64,000 bases of DNA from an uncultured Anaerofilum sp. (GCA_944385935.1 CALWZC010000004.1:75426-139425), one strand, 5' to 3'; numbered from the stretch's first letter, positions 18,807 to 28,300 are shown. Program-made: numbers and translations. Notes: a model not told the origin generated them from the sequence alone.

Positions 18807-19625
18807 ATGAAAAAAACATTGAAAGATGTATTGGTGATATGCAATTTAGATAATGCACTGATGACACCAGCACAAGAAATTCTTTCTTGCAATGTGGAAA
18901 TGGTGCGTTTGTTTTGCACGTTGGGGGGAAGGTTTACCATTGCCACTGCAAGAACTCTTTCCTCAACCAAAGAAGTAGTGAAAGACTTGTGTATCAATGC
19001 ACCAGTGGCAGTGTGTGGCGGGGGAATGGTAGTAGATTGGGAAAGTGAACAGGTGTTGCAAAAACACTGTTTAGACAGTCAAACAGCACTGCAACTGATA
19101 CAAGATGTACAGAGCAGATTTCCTGATACAGGCATTGAAATTGTGGACGATATGGGAAAAGTATTGGTATTACAGTCCTCAGCCTATACCAACGAGCATA
19201 TTATTCGTGAAAATCTGGAGTGTATTTATCAACCTCTAGAGGATATGCAATCCCCATGGACAAAAATTGTATTTACAGATTCTTCCAAAATGTTGCAGCG
19301 GATTTCTGCTTTTGTAGCAGATAGAAATTATTTCCAGTTACAGCCAGTGTTTACCAACCATATCTATTATGAAATAATGCCAGAAAAAGCAACAAAAGGC
19401 AATGCTTTAAAGACAATCTGCCAAAAAATTGATTTCCCTCTTGAAAACACTGTCGCAATCGGCGATTATTATAATGATATGGAGTTGTTAAAAACAGCCG
19501 GTTACGCTGTTGCAATGGGCAATGCCCCTTCGGAGGTAAAGCTCATCGCAGACCAAGTAACTGACGATTGCCAAGATGGGGGCGTCGCATCCTATTTATA
19601 CCATCTAATTAAACATTATGCGTGA
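18807..19625 (+). CDS. Cof-type HAD-IIB hydrolase
   Basis: The HAD motifs are present (C/DxD near the N-terminus, GDYYNDMELLKTAGYAVAMGNA). Confidence 0.75.
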   Translation: MKKTLKDVLVICNLDNALMTPAQEILSCNVEMVRLFCTLGGRFTIATARTLSSTKEVVKDLCINAPVAVCGGGMVVDWESEQVLQKHCLDSQTALQLIQDVQSRFPDTGIEIVDDMGKVLVLQSSAYTNEHIIRENLECIYQPLEDMQSPWTKIVFTDSSKMLQRISAFVADRNYFQLQPVFTNHIYYEIMPEKATKGNALKTICQKIDFPLENTVAIGDYYNDMELLKTAGYAVAMGNAPSEVKLIADQVTDDCQDGGVASYLYHLIKHYA

Positions 19626-19638
19626 GGTGTTAAAACAC

Positions 19639-20484
19639 ATGGAGCAAACTCGCAAAAGAGAGCTGCAAAAAATAGCCAACCGGATTCGTCAAGGCGTTCT
19701 GGAAGCCACTTTTTCCGCACAAAGCGGTCATCCCGGTGGTTCCTTGTCAATCTCTGACACATTGGCATACTTGTATTTTGAGCAGATGAACCTTGACCCT
19801 TCCAACCCCAAATGGGAAGAGCGTGACCGTTTGGTTTTGTCAAAGGGACATTGCTGCCCAGCCTTGTACACAGCATTGGCAGAGAAAGGATACTTTGACA
19901 AAAGTGAGTTGAAGGGATTCCGCCGTATTGGTGCAATGCTGCAAGGCCATCCTGATATGAAAAATATCCCTGGTGTGGACATGAGCTCTGGTAGCTTGGG
20001 ACAGGGTATTTCTGCTGCCTGTGGTATGGCATTGGCTGCAAAGCTGTCTGGAAAGAACTGGAAGGTATACACCATTTTGGGTGATGGCGAATTGCAAGAA
20101 GGTCAGGTGTGGGAGGCTGCTATGTTTGCAGGTTTCCGCAAGCTGGATAACCTCATCGCCATTGTGGACAATAACAATTTGCAGATTGATGGCAAGGTAA
20201 GCGATGTTTGCTCGGTCTACCCCATTGAAGATAAGTTTGCAGCATTTGGATGGCATACAATTTCTGTGGATGCCCACGATTTTGACAGTCTGGATGCAGG
20301 ATTTAAAGAGGCATTGACCATCACTGGAAAACCCGTTGTACTGGTACAAAAGTCTGTAAAGGGCAAGGGCGTTTCCTTCATGGAGAACAATGCTGGCTGG
20401 CATGGTAAAGCTACCAATGCACAAGAATATGAGCAGGCAATGGGCGAGTTAAAGGCCGCTTATGCAGAACTGGAGGTAGAATAA
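19639..20484 (+). CDS. transketolase, N-terminal (TPP-binding) subunit
   Basis: Transketolase motifs are present (GHPGGSLSISD, GDGELQEG). The start was moved to ATG 19639, which is preceded by GAGGTG. Confidence 0.9.
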   Translation: MEQTRKRELQKIANRIRQGVLEATFSAQSGHPGGSLSISDTLAYLYFEQMNLDPSNPKWEERDRLVLSKGHCCPALYTALAEKGYFDKSELKGFRRIGAMLQGHPDMKNIPGVDMSSGSLGQGISAACGMALAAKLSGKNWKVYTILGDGELQEGQVWEAAMFAGFRKLDNLIAIVDNNNLQIDGKVSDVCSVYPIEDKFAAFGWHTISVDAHDFDSLDAGFKEALTITGKPVVLVQKSVKGKGVSFMENNAGWHGKATNAQEYEQAMGELKAAYAELEVE

Positions 20485-20486
20485 CC

Positions 20487-21428
20487 ATGGCAGAAACCAA
20501 AAGAATTGCAACTCGTGACAGCTATGGCAAAGCATTGGCAGAGCTGGGCCGAGAAAACGAAAATATTGTGGTACTGGATGCAGACTTAGCAGACTCCACC
20601 CGAACTTCCGTGTTCCGCAAGGAATTCCCTGATAGACATATTGACTGCGGTATTGCAGAATCTAACATGATGAGCATTGCAGCAGGTTTGGCTGCCGCAG
20701 GAAAGATTCCCTTTGCTTCCAGCTTTGCCATGTTTGCCGCAGGTCGTGCCTATGAGCAGATTCGTAACTCCATTGGTTATCCTCACTTGAATGTGAAGAT
20801 TTGTGCAAGCCATGCAGGCATTTCTGTAGGTGAGGATGGTGCTACCCATCAATGCAATGAGGATATGTTATTGATGCGCAGCATTCCCGGAATGGTGGTT
20901 ATTAACCCCGCTGATGATGTGGAAGCTCGTGCTGCGGTAAAGGCTGCCGCTGCTTATGAAGGCCCCGTTTACATCCGTTTGGGCCGTTTGGCTGTACCTG
21001 TGGTAAATGACGAGGAAAGCTTTACCTTCCAGATTGGCAAGGCTGTTACATTGCGTGAAGGCAATGACATTACCATTATTGCCACTGGCTTGATGGTAGA
21101 ACGTGCATTGCAGGCCGCCGACCAATTGGAAAGCCAAGGCATTCATGCTCGTGTAATTGATATGCATACCATCAAACCCATTGACCGTGAGGCTATTCTG
21201 TCCGCTGCACGGGAAACCAAGGGTATTGTTACCGCTGAGGAACACAGTGTTATTGGTGGTTTGTATAGTGCAGTATGCGAGGTGGTGTGTGCTGAAGCAC
21301 CCTGCGAGGTCGCACCTGTTGCAGTAATGGATGAGTTTGGTTGTTCTGGAGCAGCATTGGACTTGTTGGAGCTGTACAACCTAAATGCCAAAACCATCGT
21401 GGAAAAAGCAAAAGAAATTTTGGCATAA
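20487..21428 (+). CDS. transketolase, C-terminal (pyrimidine-binding) subunit
   Basis: Motifs ESNMMSIAAGLA and GEDGATHQ match the split transketolase family. Confidence 0.9.
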   Translation: MAETKRIATRDSYGKALAELGRENENIVVLDADLADSTRTSVFRKEFPDRHIDCGIAESNMMSIAAGLAAAGKIPFASSFAMFAAGRAYEQIRNSIGYPHLNVKICASHAGISVGEDGATHQCNEDMLLMRSIPGMVVINPADDVEARAAVKAAAAYEGPVYIRLGRLAVPVVNDEESFTFQIGKAVTLREGNDITIIATGLMVERALQAADQLESQGIHARVIDMHTIKPIDREAILSAARETKGIVTAEEHSVIGGLYSAVCEVVCAEAPCEVAPVAVMDEFGCSGAALDLLELYNLNAKTIVEKAKEILA

Positions 21429-21452
21429 ATTTATAACAAAATAGGATAAAAA

Positions 21453-21489
21453 CTACCCTGTACGGCTTTTTGTGCAGGGTAGTTTTTTG
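21453..21489 (+). terminator. rho-independent terminator after transketolase genes
   Basis: CTACCCTG pairs with CAGGGTAG and is followed by TTTTTTG. Confidence 0.8.
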
Positions 21490-21528
21490 TAACCCTAGTA
21501 AATGATACTATATATTTATAGATATTAC

Positions 21529-21557
21529 TTGACAAAAATGTAATTGCAGAGTACAAT
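21529..21557 (+). promoter_or_regulatory. putative sigma-A promoter
   Basis: TTGACA (21529-21534) is followed by a 17-nt spacer and TACAAT (21552-21557). Confidence 0.45.
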
Positions 21558-21597
21558 GAACATTGTTCAATTTCTGTTTACTTAAGGAGGAAGATGT

Positions 21598-22017
21598 ATG
21601 AAAATGAAAAGGTATTTTATGAACAGCAGTCTATTGTATACTGTACTGGCTATGGTTTTTGGTGTGTTTTATCGTGAGTTTACAAAATTCAATAGCTTTA
21701 TGGCTCCCACAAAATTATCCTTTATTCACCCTCATTATTTTGTGTTAGGAATGGTATTCTTTTTGCTGTTGTTGATTCTGGAAAAGCAATTTTCTTTTTC
21801 CACAGAAAAAACAAAAAAGATTTTGGTTGCATATCATGTTGGTTTGAATATTGCGGTAGCAGGATTTTTGGCAAGAGGAATTATGCAGGTGTGGGATATT
21901 GTGCCCTCTAAAGCACTGGATGCTTCTCTGTCTGGTATTGCAGGTATTGGCCATGTGTTGCTGGGCGTTTCTATGATTTTGATTTCTCTGCAAATTCGCA
22001 AGAGTGTAGCAGAATAA
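21598..22017 (+). CDS. small polytopic membrane protein (DUF2871-like), hypothetical
   Basis: The 139-aa product has four predicted TM helices. AAGGAGGAAG lies upstream of the start. Confidence 0.5.
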   Translation: MKMKRYFMNSSLLYTVLAMVFGVFYREFTKFNSFMAPTKLSFIHPHYFVLGMVFFLLLLILEKQFSFSTEKTKKILVAYHVGLNIAVAGFLARGIMQVWDIVPSKALDASLSGIAGIGHVLLGVSMILISLQIRKSVAE

Positions 22018-22105
22018 AACCTAATTTCGTGAAAATTTTCTTGTCAAAAGCAGAAAATTTTTGTACAATGTTTTTGACGAAAAATAGCGAAAAGAGGAGA
22101 AAAAT

Positions 22106-22846
22106 ATGGGATTATGGGCAATGCTAAAAGGGGAGGAGCCGAGTTTCTTTCAACAGAAGTCTTTGCCACGAGATACCGGACAACGAGGGGAATATCTGAT
22201 TGCCTATGCACTGAAACATGGCAGACTCAAAGGAAAATACCGAATTTTTCAAAATTTGTATATCCCCACTGCAAATGGCACCACCGAAATTGATATTTTG
22301 CTTTTACATGAAAAAGGGCTTTTTGTGATAGAGAGCAAAAACTATCAGGGAAGTATTTTTGCTGACCCTCAAAATCGAAATTGGATGCAGGTTATCAAAA
22401 AGCAACCCTATGGATTTTTTAACCCCATCCGACAAAATCAAATCCATATTCATGCTTTGGCACAGTATTTGAATATCCCTACTGAGCATTGTACCTCCCT
22501 TGTGGTATTTTCCAACAAAAGTAGAGTAACAATTTTGCCACATACCTATCCACAAACTTTTGTTATCCGCCGAAAACAGCTTTTGTCTCTCCTTCGCAGA
22601 CAACTTAGACAGATGCAAAAATTGTATTTTTCTAGGCAGATAGATGATTTTTCTTTCTTGTTGGAAAGGACAATCAATGTGACATCGCAACAGAAGCAAC
22701 AGCATATTCATCAAGTGCAAAATCGTGTAGAGCCTCCCTGTTGCCCTATATGTTATAGCCCTATGGTAAGAAGAAAAGGACCCTATGGAGAGTTTTGGAG
22801 TTGCAGTAGCTACCCACATTGCCAATATACTTCAAAATTGCAATAA
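22106..22846 (+). CDS. NERD-domain protein with C-terminal topoisomerase-type C4 zinc ribbon
   Basis: The N-terminal 150 aa form a nuclease-related (NERD) domain (EIDILLLHEKGLFVIESKNY). The C-terminus is CPICYSPM…FWSCSSYPHC. Confidence 0.65.
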   Translation: MGLWAMLKGEEPSFFQQKSLPRDTGQRGEYLIAYALKHGRLKGKYRIFQNLYIPTANGTTEIDILLLHEKGLFVIESKNYQGSIFADPQNRNWMQVIKKQPYGFFNPIRQNQIHIHALAQYLNIPTEHCTSLVVFSNKSRVTILPHTYPQTFVIRRKQLLSLLRRQLRQMQKLYFSRQIDDFSFLLERTINVTSQQKQQHIHQVQNRVEPPCCPICYSPMVRRKGPYGEFWSCSSYPHCQYTSKLQ

Positions 22847-22915
22847 AACCTCGTTTTGTAACCCATAATTTTTTAGTGACTGCGTAAAAAAGCGACAAAT
22901 TTCCCAAAAGGAAGA

Positions 22916-22944
22916 TTGACAAGCGGCAGGGAATACACTATCAT
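22916..22944 (+). promoter_or_regulatory. putative sigma-A promoter of guaA
   Basis: TTGACA (22916-22921) is followed by a 17-nt spacer and TATCAT (22939-22944). The 5'UTR is short, with no room for a purine riboswitch. Confidence 0.45.
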
Positions 22945-22985
22945 GTAAATAATTATACTTGCTTTTGTATTGCAGGAGGAATAGA

Positions 22986-24527
22986 ATGTCACAGAGTGTA
23001 TTAGTAGTGGATTTTGGTGGCCAATACAATCAGCTGATTGCAAGGCGTGTGCGTGAGTGCAATGTATACAGTGAAATTGTACCGTATACCAAAGCACTAG
23101 AGGCAGCCAAAGAGAAAAAGCCCATGGGTATTATCTTCACCGGTGGCCCCAATAGCGTGTATGAGGACAATGCACCTACCATCAACACTGAGATTTTTGA
23201 GCTGGGAATTCCTGTTTTGGGCATTTGCTATGGCTCTCAGTTGATGATGCATTTACTGGGTGGTCATGTATGCAAGGCTCCTGAACGGGAATATGGAAAA
23301 ACAGAGGTAATGGTAGATACTTCTAGCAAGATGTTCCAAGGAGTAAGCCCCACTACTATCTGTTGGATGAGCCATAACGACTACATCGAAACCGCTGCGC
23401 CGGGCTTTGCAATTTCTGCCCATACTGCCAACTGTCCCGTGGCAGCAGTAGAAATGCCCGAAAAGAATTTGTATGCAGTACAGTTCCATCCAGAGGTATT
23501 GCATACACAAGAAGGCAAAAAGATGTTGGCCAACTTTGTGTATAATGTATGTGGCTGTGCCGGCGATTGGAAGATGGATTCTTTTGTGGAGCAGTCTGTA
23601 GCAACCCTGCGAGAGAAAATCGGCAGTGGCAAGGTGCTTTGTGCTCTTTCTGGTGGTGTAGATTCCTCTGTAGCTGCTGTTATGTTGGCAAAAGCTGTTG
23701 GCAAACAGTTAACTTGTGTGTTTGTAGACCACGGTTTGTTGCGTAAAAATGAGAGTGAAGAAGTAGAGGCAGTGTTTGGGCCAAACGGGCCTTATGACCT
23801 GAACTTTATCCGTGTGGATGCTCGCCAGCGGTTCTATTCCAAGTTGAAGGGCGTAGAAGACCCTGAAACCAAACGCAAGATTATTGGCGAAGAGTTTATC
23901 CGTGTGTTTGAAGAAGAAGCCAAAAAGATTGGTACAGTAGACTTTTTGGTTCAAGGAACCATCTATCCCGATGTTGTAGAAAGTGGTTTTGGTGGAGAAT
24001 CTACTGTAATTAAAAGTCATCATAATGTAGGCGGTCTGCCAGATTATGTAGACTTCAAGGAGATTGTAGAGCCTTTGCGTGACCTGTTCAAGGACGAAGT
24101 TCGTCAGGCAGGCCGTGAAATGGGAATCCCAGAATATCTGGTAAGCCGTCAGCCTTTCCCCGGCCCCGGTTTGGCAATCCGTATCATTGGAGAGGTAACA
24201 GAGGAAAAAATTAAGATGGTGCAAGATGCAGATGCTATCTGGCGTGAGGAAATTGCTGCCAGCGGCGAGGATAAGCATTTAGGTCAGTATTTTGCAGCAC
24301 TTACCAATATGCGTAGCGTAGGTGTTATGGGTGATGAGCGCACCTATGATTATGCCATTGCTTTGCGTGCAGTAACCACCACTGATTTTATGACCGCAGA
24401 GCCAGCCTACCTACCTTGGGATTTGATTGCAAAAGTTACCAGTCGTATTGTAAACGAAGTGCCCCATATTAACCGTGTCATGTACGATTGCACAGGAAAA
24501 CCTCCCGCAACCATCGAATTTGAATAA
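22986..24527 (+). CDS. guaA: GMP synthase (glutamine-hydrolysing)
   Basis: The GATase domain is present ([23 protein letters not shown]). The ATP-PPase motif (SGGVDSSV) and the C-terminal dimerisation domain are also present. The start ATG 22986 follows AGGAGGA. Confidence 0.95.
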   Translation: MSQSVLVVDFGGQYNQLIARRVRECNVYSEIVPYTKALEAAKEKKPMGIIFTGGPNSVYEDNAPTINTEIFELGIPVLGICYGSQLMMHLLGGHVCKAPEREYGKTEVMVDTSSKMFQGVSPTTICWMSHNDYIETAAPGFAISAHTANCPVAAVEMPEKNLYAVQFHPEVLHTQEGKKMLANFVYNVCGCAGDWKMDSFVEQSVATLREKIGSGKVLCALSGGVDSSVAAVMLAKAVGKQLTCVFVDHGLLRKNESEEVEAVFGPNGPYDLNFIRVDARQRFYSKLKGVEDPETKRKIIGEEFIRVFEEEAKKIGTVDFLVQGTIYPDVVESGFGGESTVIKSHHNVGGLPDYVDFKEIVEPLRDLFKDEVRQAGREMGIPEYLVSRQPFPGPGLAIRIIGEVTEEKIKMVQDADAIWREEIAASGEDKHLGQYFAALTNMRSVGVMGDERTYDYAIALRAVTTTDFMTAEPAYLPWDLIAKVTSRIVNEVPHINRVMYDCTGKPPATIEFE

Positions 24528-24533
24528 ATAATA

Positions 24534-24577
24534 CAACCCCGGAAATCCCGTATTTATGCGGGTTTCCGGGGTTTTTA
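24534..24577 (+). terminator. rho-independent terminator after guaA
   Basis: AACCCCGGAAATCCCG pairs with CGGGTTTCCGGGGTT and is followed by TTTT. Confidence 0.8.
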
Positions 24578-24592
24578 TGCCTTGTTTGAAAG

Positions 24593-24615
24593 ACATATTT
24601 CTCAAAGAAATATGT
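24593..24615 (+). promoter_or_regulatory. perfect 9-bp inverted repeat in mgtA promoter region (putative operator)
   Basis: ACATATTTC-tcaaa-GAAATATGT lies about 27 nt upstream of the mgtA ATG, between the guaA terminator and the RBS. Confidence 0.4.
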
Positions 24616-24641
24616 GTAAATAAAGAAAAGAGGATAGTGGT

Positions 24642-27299
24642 ATGGCAAAAAAGAACGTTGTAGAGGAAGCAAAAAAATCTGCTTATCAAACAGTAGAACA
24701 ACTGTGTCAACAACTAGAAATCACACCAAATGGTTTAAAAGAATCGCAAATAGAAACAATGCGACAAGGATATGGAGCAAATGTTTTTTACCAGAAAAAA
24801 AGAATGCGAGTTGTAAACGCTCTGGCAAAAGCATTTATCACTCCTTTTCATGGTATTCTGTTTTTATTGGCTGTAATATCTGTGACAACAGATGTGTTTG
24901 TAGGCCAGAATTTTGCGAGAAACACCAGTACGGCGTTTATTATTTTTGCAATGATTATCATTAGTGGTACAATCCGCTTGGTGCAAGAGTTACGGGCAAA
25001 GTATGCCGCAGACCAACTAGACAAGCTATTACATGGGAATGTTTTAGTAAAGCGAGATAACATCTGGAAAGAAATTCCCGCAGAAAAACTGGTTGTAGGG
25101 GATTTGGTTTCCTTTGCCGCAGGGGATAGAATCCCCGCAGATATACGCTTGACCCAGACAACAGACCTATTTATTTCTCAAGCTGCCATTACAGGGGAAA
25201 GTGCCATATTAGAAAAAAATAGTGATGTGGTGCCTCCTTTAGACAAAGGAGCTTTAACGGAAAAAAGCAATCTTGCCTTTACAGCCACAGTGGTGATAAG
25301 TGGAAAAGGGCAAGGCATTGTAGTAGCTGTGGGAGAAAATACCCTATATGGTAGTGCTGCAAAAACACAAGGAGCAAGAAAAAATTCCTTTCAAAAAGGA
25401 GCAAACTCCATTGCTTGGGTTATGCTGCGATTTATGGCTGTTTTAATACCTATTGTATTTGTTGTAATTGGTATTACAGGAGGAAAATGGGCAGAATCTC
25501 TTGCCTTTGCCCTTTCGGTGTCGGTGGTGCTAATTCCCGAAATGCTCCCTATGGTCATTACTGCCTGCCTCGACAAAGGTAGCCTTTCTATGAGCAAAAA
25601 GCAAACCATTGTAAAAAATATCAATGCCATGCAGAGCTTTGGCAGTATGGATGTACTTTGCATGGATAAGACGGGAACCTTGACCAATGAAAGCATTTTG
25701 CTGGAGTACTATATGGATGTGTTGGGCAACGAAAAGCCCAAGGTGCTGGATTTTGCCTATCTAAACAGTAGTTATCATTCTGGTGTGCGCAATCCCATTG
25801 ATAACGCCATTCTTGCTTGTCATACAATGCCCAATAAACAACAGCATTTTTGCAACCTAACAAAGCAGTATCACAAAATGGATGAAATCCCTTTTGATTA
25901 TACCCGAAAAATAGCAAGTGTTCTTGTACAAGATAATACAGGTAGCTGTGAAATGATTGTAAAAGGGGATATTGAGGAGGTAGTTCGACGCTGTACGTCC
26001 ATTGAGTATCAGGGGCAAGTATTGCCAATGGAAAACCAAAGCATGGAAAATGTATGGTCTGTGGTGGAAGAAATGCTGCAAGATGGAATGAAAGTAATTG
26101 CAGTAGCCAGCAAGCCTATCTGTGGTCAAACCATTTGCCAAAAGGATGAACAAGAATTGACCTTGATGGGGTACATTGCATTTTTTGATGCACCAAAAGC
26201 CACAGCCAAAGAATCTATAAAAGCATTGCAAAAGTTGCAGGTTGCCCCCAAAATACTTACAGGAGATAAAGCACAGGTTGCAATGTCCATCTGTCGGCGT
26301 GTGGGAATTTCTCCACAGGGACTGCTAACAGGAGCACAACTGGAAGAATTAACAGAACAACAGCTCGTTGACGCCGTGCAGAGAGTGAATGTATTTGCCG
26401 AGCTTACCCCCAGCCAAAAGGTGAGCTTGGTTGCCGCTTTGCAAAAAAACAATCACACGGTGGGATTTTTGGGGGATGGAATCAATGATATTCCTGCTAT
26501 GAATCAAGCTGATGTGGGAATTTCGGTGGATACCGCAGTGGATGCCGCAAAAGAGGCGGCAGATGTGGTGTTGCTGCAAAAGGATTTGAATGTTTTGGAA
26601 CAGGGAATTTTGGAGGGCCGCAGGATTTTTACCAACATGCTAAAGTACATAAAAATTACTGCCAGTTCCAATTTTGGAAACATTTTGTCCATTGTTTGTG
26701 CCAGTGCCTTTTTGCCTTTTTTGCCCATGACATCCATTCAGATTCTCTTACTCAACCTGTTGTATGACACTCTATGTATTGTTTTACCTTGGGATGCAGT
26801 AGATGATGAGGCTATTGCTTGCCCAAAGGAATGGAATGGAAAAACACTGGGACGTTTTATGAGATGGTTTGGCCCAATTAGCTCTTTGTTTGATATTGGA
26901 ACATTTGTGTTTTTATACTATATTATTTGCCCTATGTTGTGTGGGGGACAGCTATACCACACCATTTCAGACAGAGCATTGCAAATGCAATACATTGCTG
27001 TTTTTCAAACAGGGTGGTTTTTGGAATCCATGTGGACACAGATTTTGATTTTACACTTTTTGCGAACACCTAAAATTCCTTTTATCCAAAGTAGACCTTC
27101 TATTCCTGTTGTCTGTATCACCTTTGTTGGGCTTCTTGTCTTGACAGCACTTCCCTTTGTGGCAACAGGGGCATTGTTTGGGTTTACAAAACTTCCTTTT
27201 TGGTATTTTGGATTTTTGGCAGTGACAGCATTGTGTTATATGATATTAAGTACATTATGTAAATCCCGCTATCAAAAAAAATATCAGGAGCTTATCTAA
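24642..27299 (+). CDS. mgtA: Mg2+-importing P-type ATPase
   Basis: The 885-aa product has P-type ATPase motifs (DKTGTLT, TGD, GDGINDIPAMNQADVGISV) and the characteristic MgtA C-terminal membrane domain. AAAGAGGAT lies upstream. Confidence 0.9.
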   Translation: MAKKNVVEEAKKSAYQTVEQLCQQLEITPNGLKESQIETMRQGYGANVFYQKKRMRVVNALAKAFITPFHGILFLLAVISVTTDVFVGQNFARNTSTAFIIFAMIIISGTIRLVQELRAKYAADQLDKLLHGNVLVKRDNIWKEIPAEKLVVGDLVSFAAGDRIPADIRLTQTTDLFISQAAITGESAILEKNSDVVPPLDKGALTEKSNLAFTATVVISGKGQGIVVAVGENTLYGSAAKTQGARKNSFQKGANSIAWVMLRFMAVLIPIVFVVIGITGGKWAESLAFALSVSVVLIPEMLPMVITACLDKGSLSMSKKQTIVKNINAMQSFGSMDVLCMDKTGTLTNESILLEYYMDVLGNEKPKVLDFAYLNSSYHSGVRNPIDNAILACHTMPNKQQHFCNLTKQYHKMDEIPFDYTRKIASVLVQDNTGSCEMIVKGDIEEVVRRCTSIEYQGQVLPMENQSMENVWSVVEEMLQDGMKVIAVASKPICGQTICQKDEQELTLMGYIAFFDAPKATAKESIKALQKLQVAPKILTGDKAQVAMSICRRVGISPQGLLTGAQLEELTEQQLVDAVQRVNVFAELTPSQKVSLVAALQKNNHTVGFLGDGINDIPAMNQADVGISVDTAVDAAKEAADVVLLQKDLNVLEQGILEGRRIFTNMLKYIKITASSNFGNILSIVCASAFLPFLPMTSIQILLLNLLYDTLCIVLPWDAVDDEAIACPKEWNGKTLGRFMRWFGPISSLFDIGTFVFLYYIICPMLCGGQLYHTISDRALQMQYIAVFQTGWFLESMWTQILILHFLRTPKIPFIQSRPSIPVVCITFVGLLVLTALPFVATGALFGFTKLPFWYFGFLAVTALCYMILSTLCKSRYQKKYQELI

Positions 27300-27306
27300 A
27301 AGGGGG
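26977..27306 (+). repeat. copy A of a diverged segmental duplication (mgtA 3' end, stop and following RBS)
   Basis: The nucleotide and protein similarity to 27691..28020 is clear (e.g. GGTGGTTTTTGGAATCCATGTGGAC vs GGCTGGTTTGTAGAATCCATGTGGAG). Both copies end stop-AAGGGGG. Confidence 0.5.
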
Positions 27307-27315
27307 TGTTGTGGA

Positions 27316-28014
27316 TTGAAACAGAAAATCAGCTTTGTTCCTTTGGATGCAGACTTGCAACTTTGGCTATTGGAAAAATTGTTAAAGGAGCCACCCCAAA
27401 GCCCCTACACAGCAGAGTTTTTGCAAGGGGTTCGCAATCTAATTTGTGGACAAACGAGCTCGCTACTTCTAGGAAGTCCTGAACAAAAGGGAGTAGTGGA
27501 ACAGGGATTGTCCGAAAGCATTGTAGTGGGAGAGTTGGAAATATCCCCTAAAAATAGAAAGGTCATCCTACAAGGGAAAGAGATAAGCCTCACCCCAAAA
27601 GAATTTGATATTTTGTATTTTTTGGTGGAAAATAGGGGAGGAGTGTTATTCAACGACTTGCCTGCCCATTTTAGTGGAGCAGAGTTGGCAGCGGTACAAG
27701 CAAAATATATCGGGCTATTTCAAGCCGGCTGGTTTGTAGAATCCATGTGGAGCCAAACATTGGTGATTCACATGATTCGTACCCCAAAATTGCCTTTCTT
27801 GCAAAGCCGAGCTTCTGCACCTGTCACACTGCTTACCATGGCGGGAATTGTGGTGCTTACTATCATTCCTTTCACTGGTTTTGGTGCTATGCTAGGATTT
27901 ACTTCTTTGCCCATTGTTTATTTTGCTTATCTCATTCCTTGCATTGTGCTGTATATGGCTTTGGCAACCAGCTTGAAAAAAGCCTACGTTCGCCACTATG
28001 GAGAATTGCTATAA
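27316..28014 (+). CDS. chimeric membrane protein: truncated OmpR-type winged-helix domain fused to a paralogue of MgtA TM9-10
   Basis: Residues ~60-115 match trans_reg_C (IVVGELEISPKNRKVILQGKEISLTPKEFDILYFLVENRGGVL). Residues ~120-232 align with the MgtA C-terminus (FQAGWFVESMWSQTLVIHMIRTPKLPFLQSRAS… vs FQTGWFLESMWTQILILHFLRTPKIPFIQSRPS…). The start is TTG, 10 nt after AAAAGGGGG and 17 nt after the mgtA stop. Confidence 0.55.
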   Translation: MKQKISFVPLDADLQLWLLEKLLKEPPQSPYTAEFLQGVRNLICGQTSSLLLGSPEQKGVVEQGLSESIVVGELEISPKNRKVILQGKEISLTPKEFDILYFLVENRGGVLFNDLPAHFSGAELAAVQAKYIGLFQAGWFVESMWSQTLVIHMIRTPKLPFLQSRASAPVTLLTMAGIVVLTIIPFTGFGAMLGFTSLPIVYFAYLIPCIVLYMALATSLKKAYVRHYGELL

Positions 28015-28020
28015 AGGGGG
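27691..28020 (+). repeat. copy B of the mgtA 3'-end duplication
   Basis: See copy A. The duplicated unit spans the two final TM helices plus the stop codon and a GGGGG RBS. Confidence 0.5.
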
Positions 28021-28027
28021 GTACCTG

Positions 28028-28184
28028 CATGAATTGGAAAGCTGTATGGATGACCCTATTTCATACCACCAATTGGATGGGCATTGATGTAGGATTTTGG
28101 GTTGTATTCACTGCTGTGCTGCTGATTGTAGTGGCAATGAACCTTGTATTTTGGAGTATGAAGCCAAGACAATCGAAAAAATAA
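28028..28184 (+). CDS. 51-aa single-TM small membrane protein downstream of mgtA locus
   Basis: ATG 28028 is preceded by AAGGGGGG. The sequence is MNWKAVWMTLFHTTNWMGIDVGFWVVFTAVLLIVVAMNLVFWSMKPRQSKK (hydrophobic core, basic C-terminus). A terminator follows. Confidence 0.4.
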
Positions 28185-28192
28185 AAAACGAA

Positions 28193-28240
28193 AAATCCTT
28201 CAAAGGTCTTATTTCAAAGGCCCTTGAAGGATTTTTTTGT
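28193..28240 (+). terminator. rho-independent terminator after small membrane protein
   Basis: ATCCTTCAAAGG pairs with CCCTTGAAGGAT (one imperfection) and is followed by TTTTTTT. Confidence 0.65.
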
Positions 28241-28246
28241 TTACCT

Positions 28247-28299
28247 GTTGACAAGACTGTGCTATCTGTATATACTGTATATATACAGATAAGAGGTGA
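28247..28299 (+). promoter_or_regulatory. promoter with overlapping palindromic operator for GntR-ABC operon
   Basis: TTGACA (28247-52) is followed by a -10 TATACT. The inverted repeat CTGTATATA-ctg-TATATACAG overlaps the -10 and +1, as in a typical YtrA-subfamily autoregulatory site. Confidence 0.55.
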
Positions 28300-28300
28300 T

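Noticed and set aside
22945-22985. Purine riboswitch before guaA
   Set aside because: The leader between the predicted -10 and the RBS is only ~40 nt.
24578-24641. M-box (Mg2+) riboswitch before mgtA
   Set aside because: The available 5'UTR (~64 nt) is far too short for the ~160-nt M-box.
27747-28184. 145-aa ORF in alternate frame overlapping the C-terminus of the chimeric gene
   Set aside because: Only the last 51 codons follow a proper RBS (ATG 28028). The upstream part is just an open antisense-phase frame.
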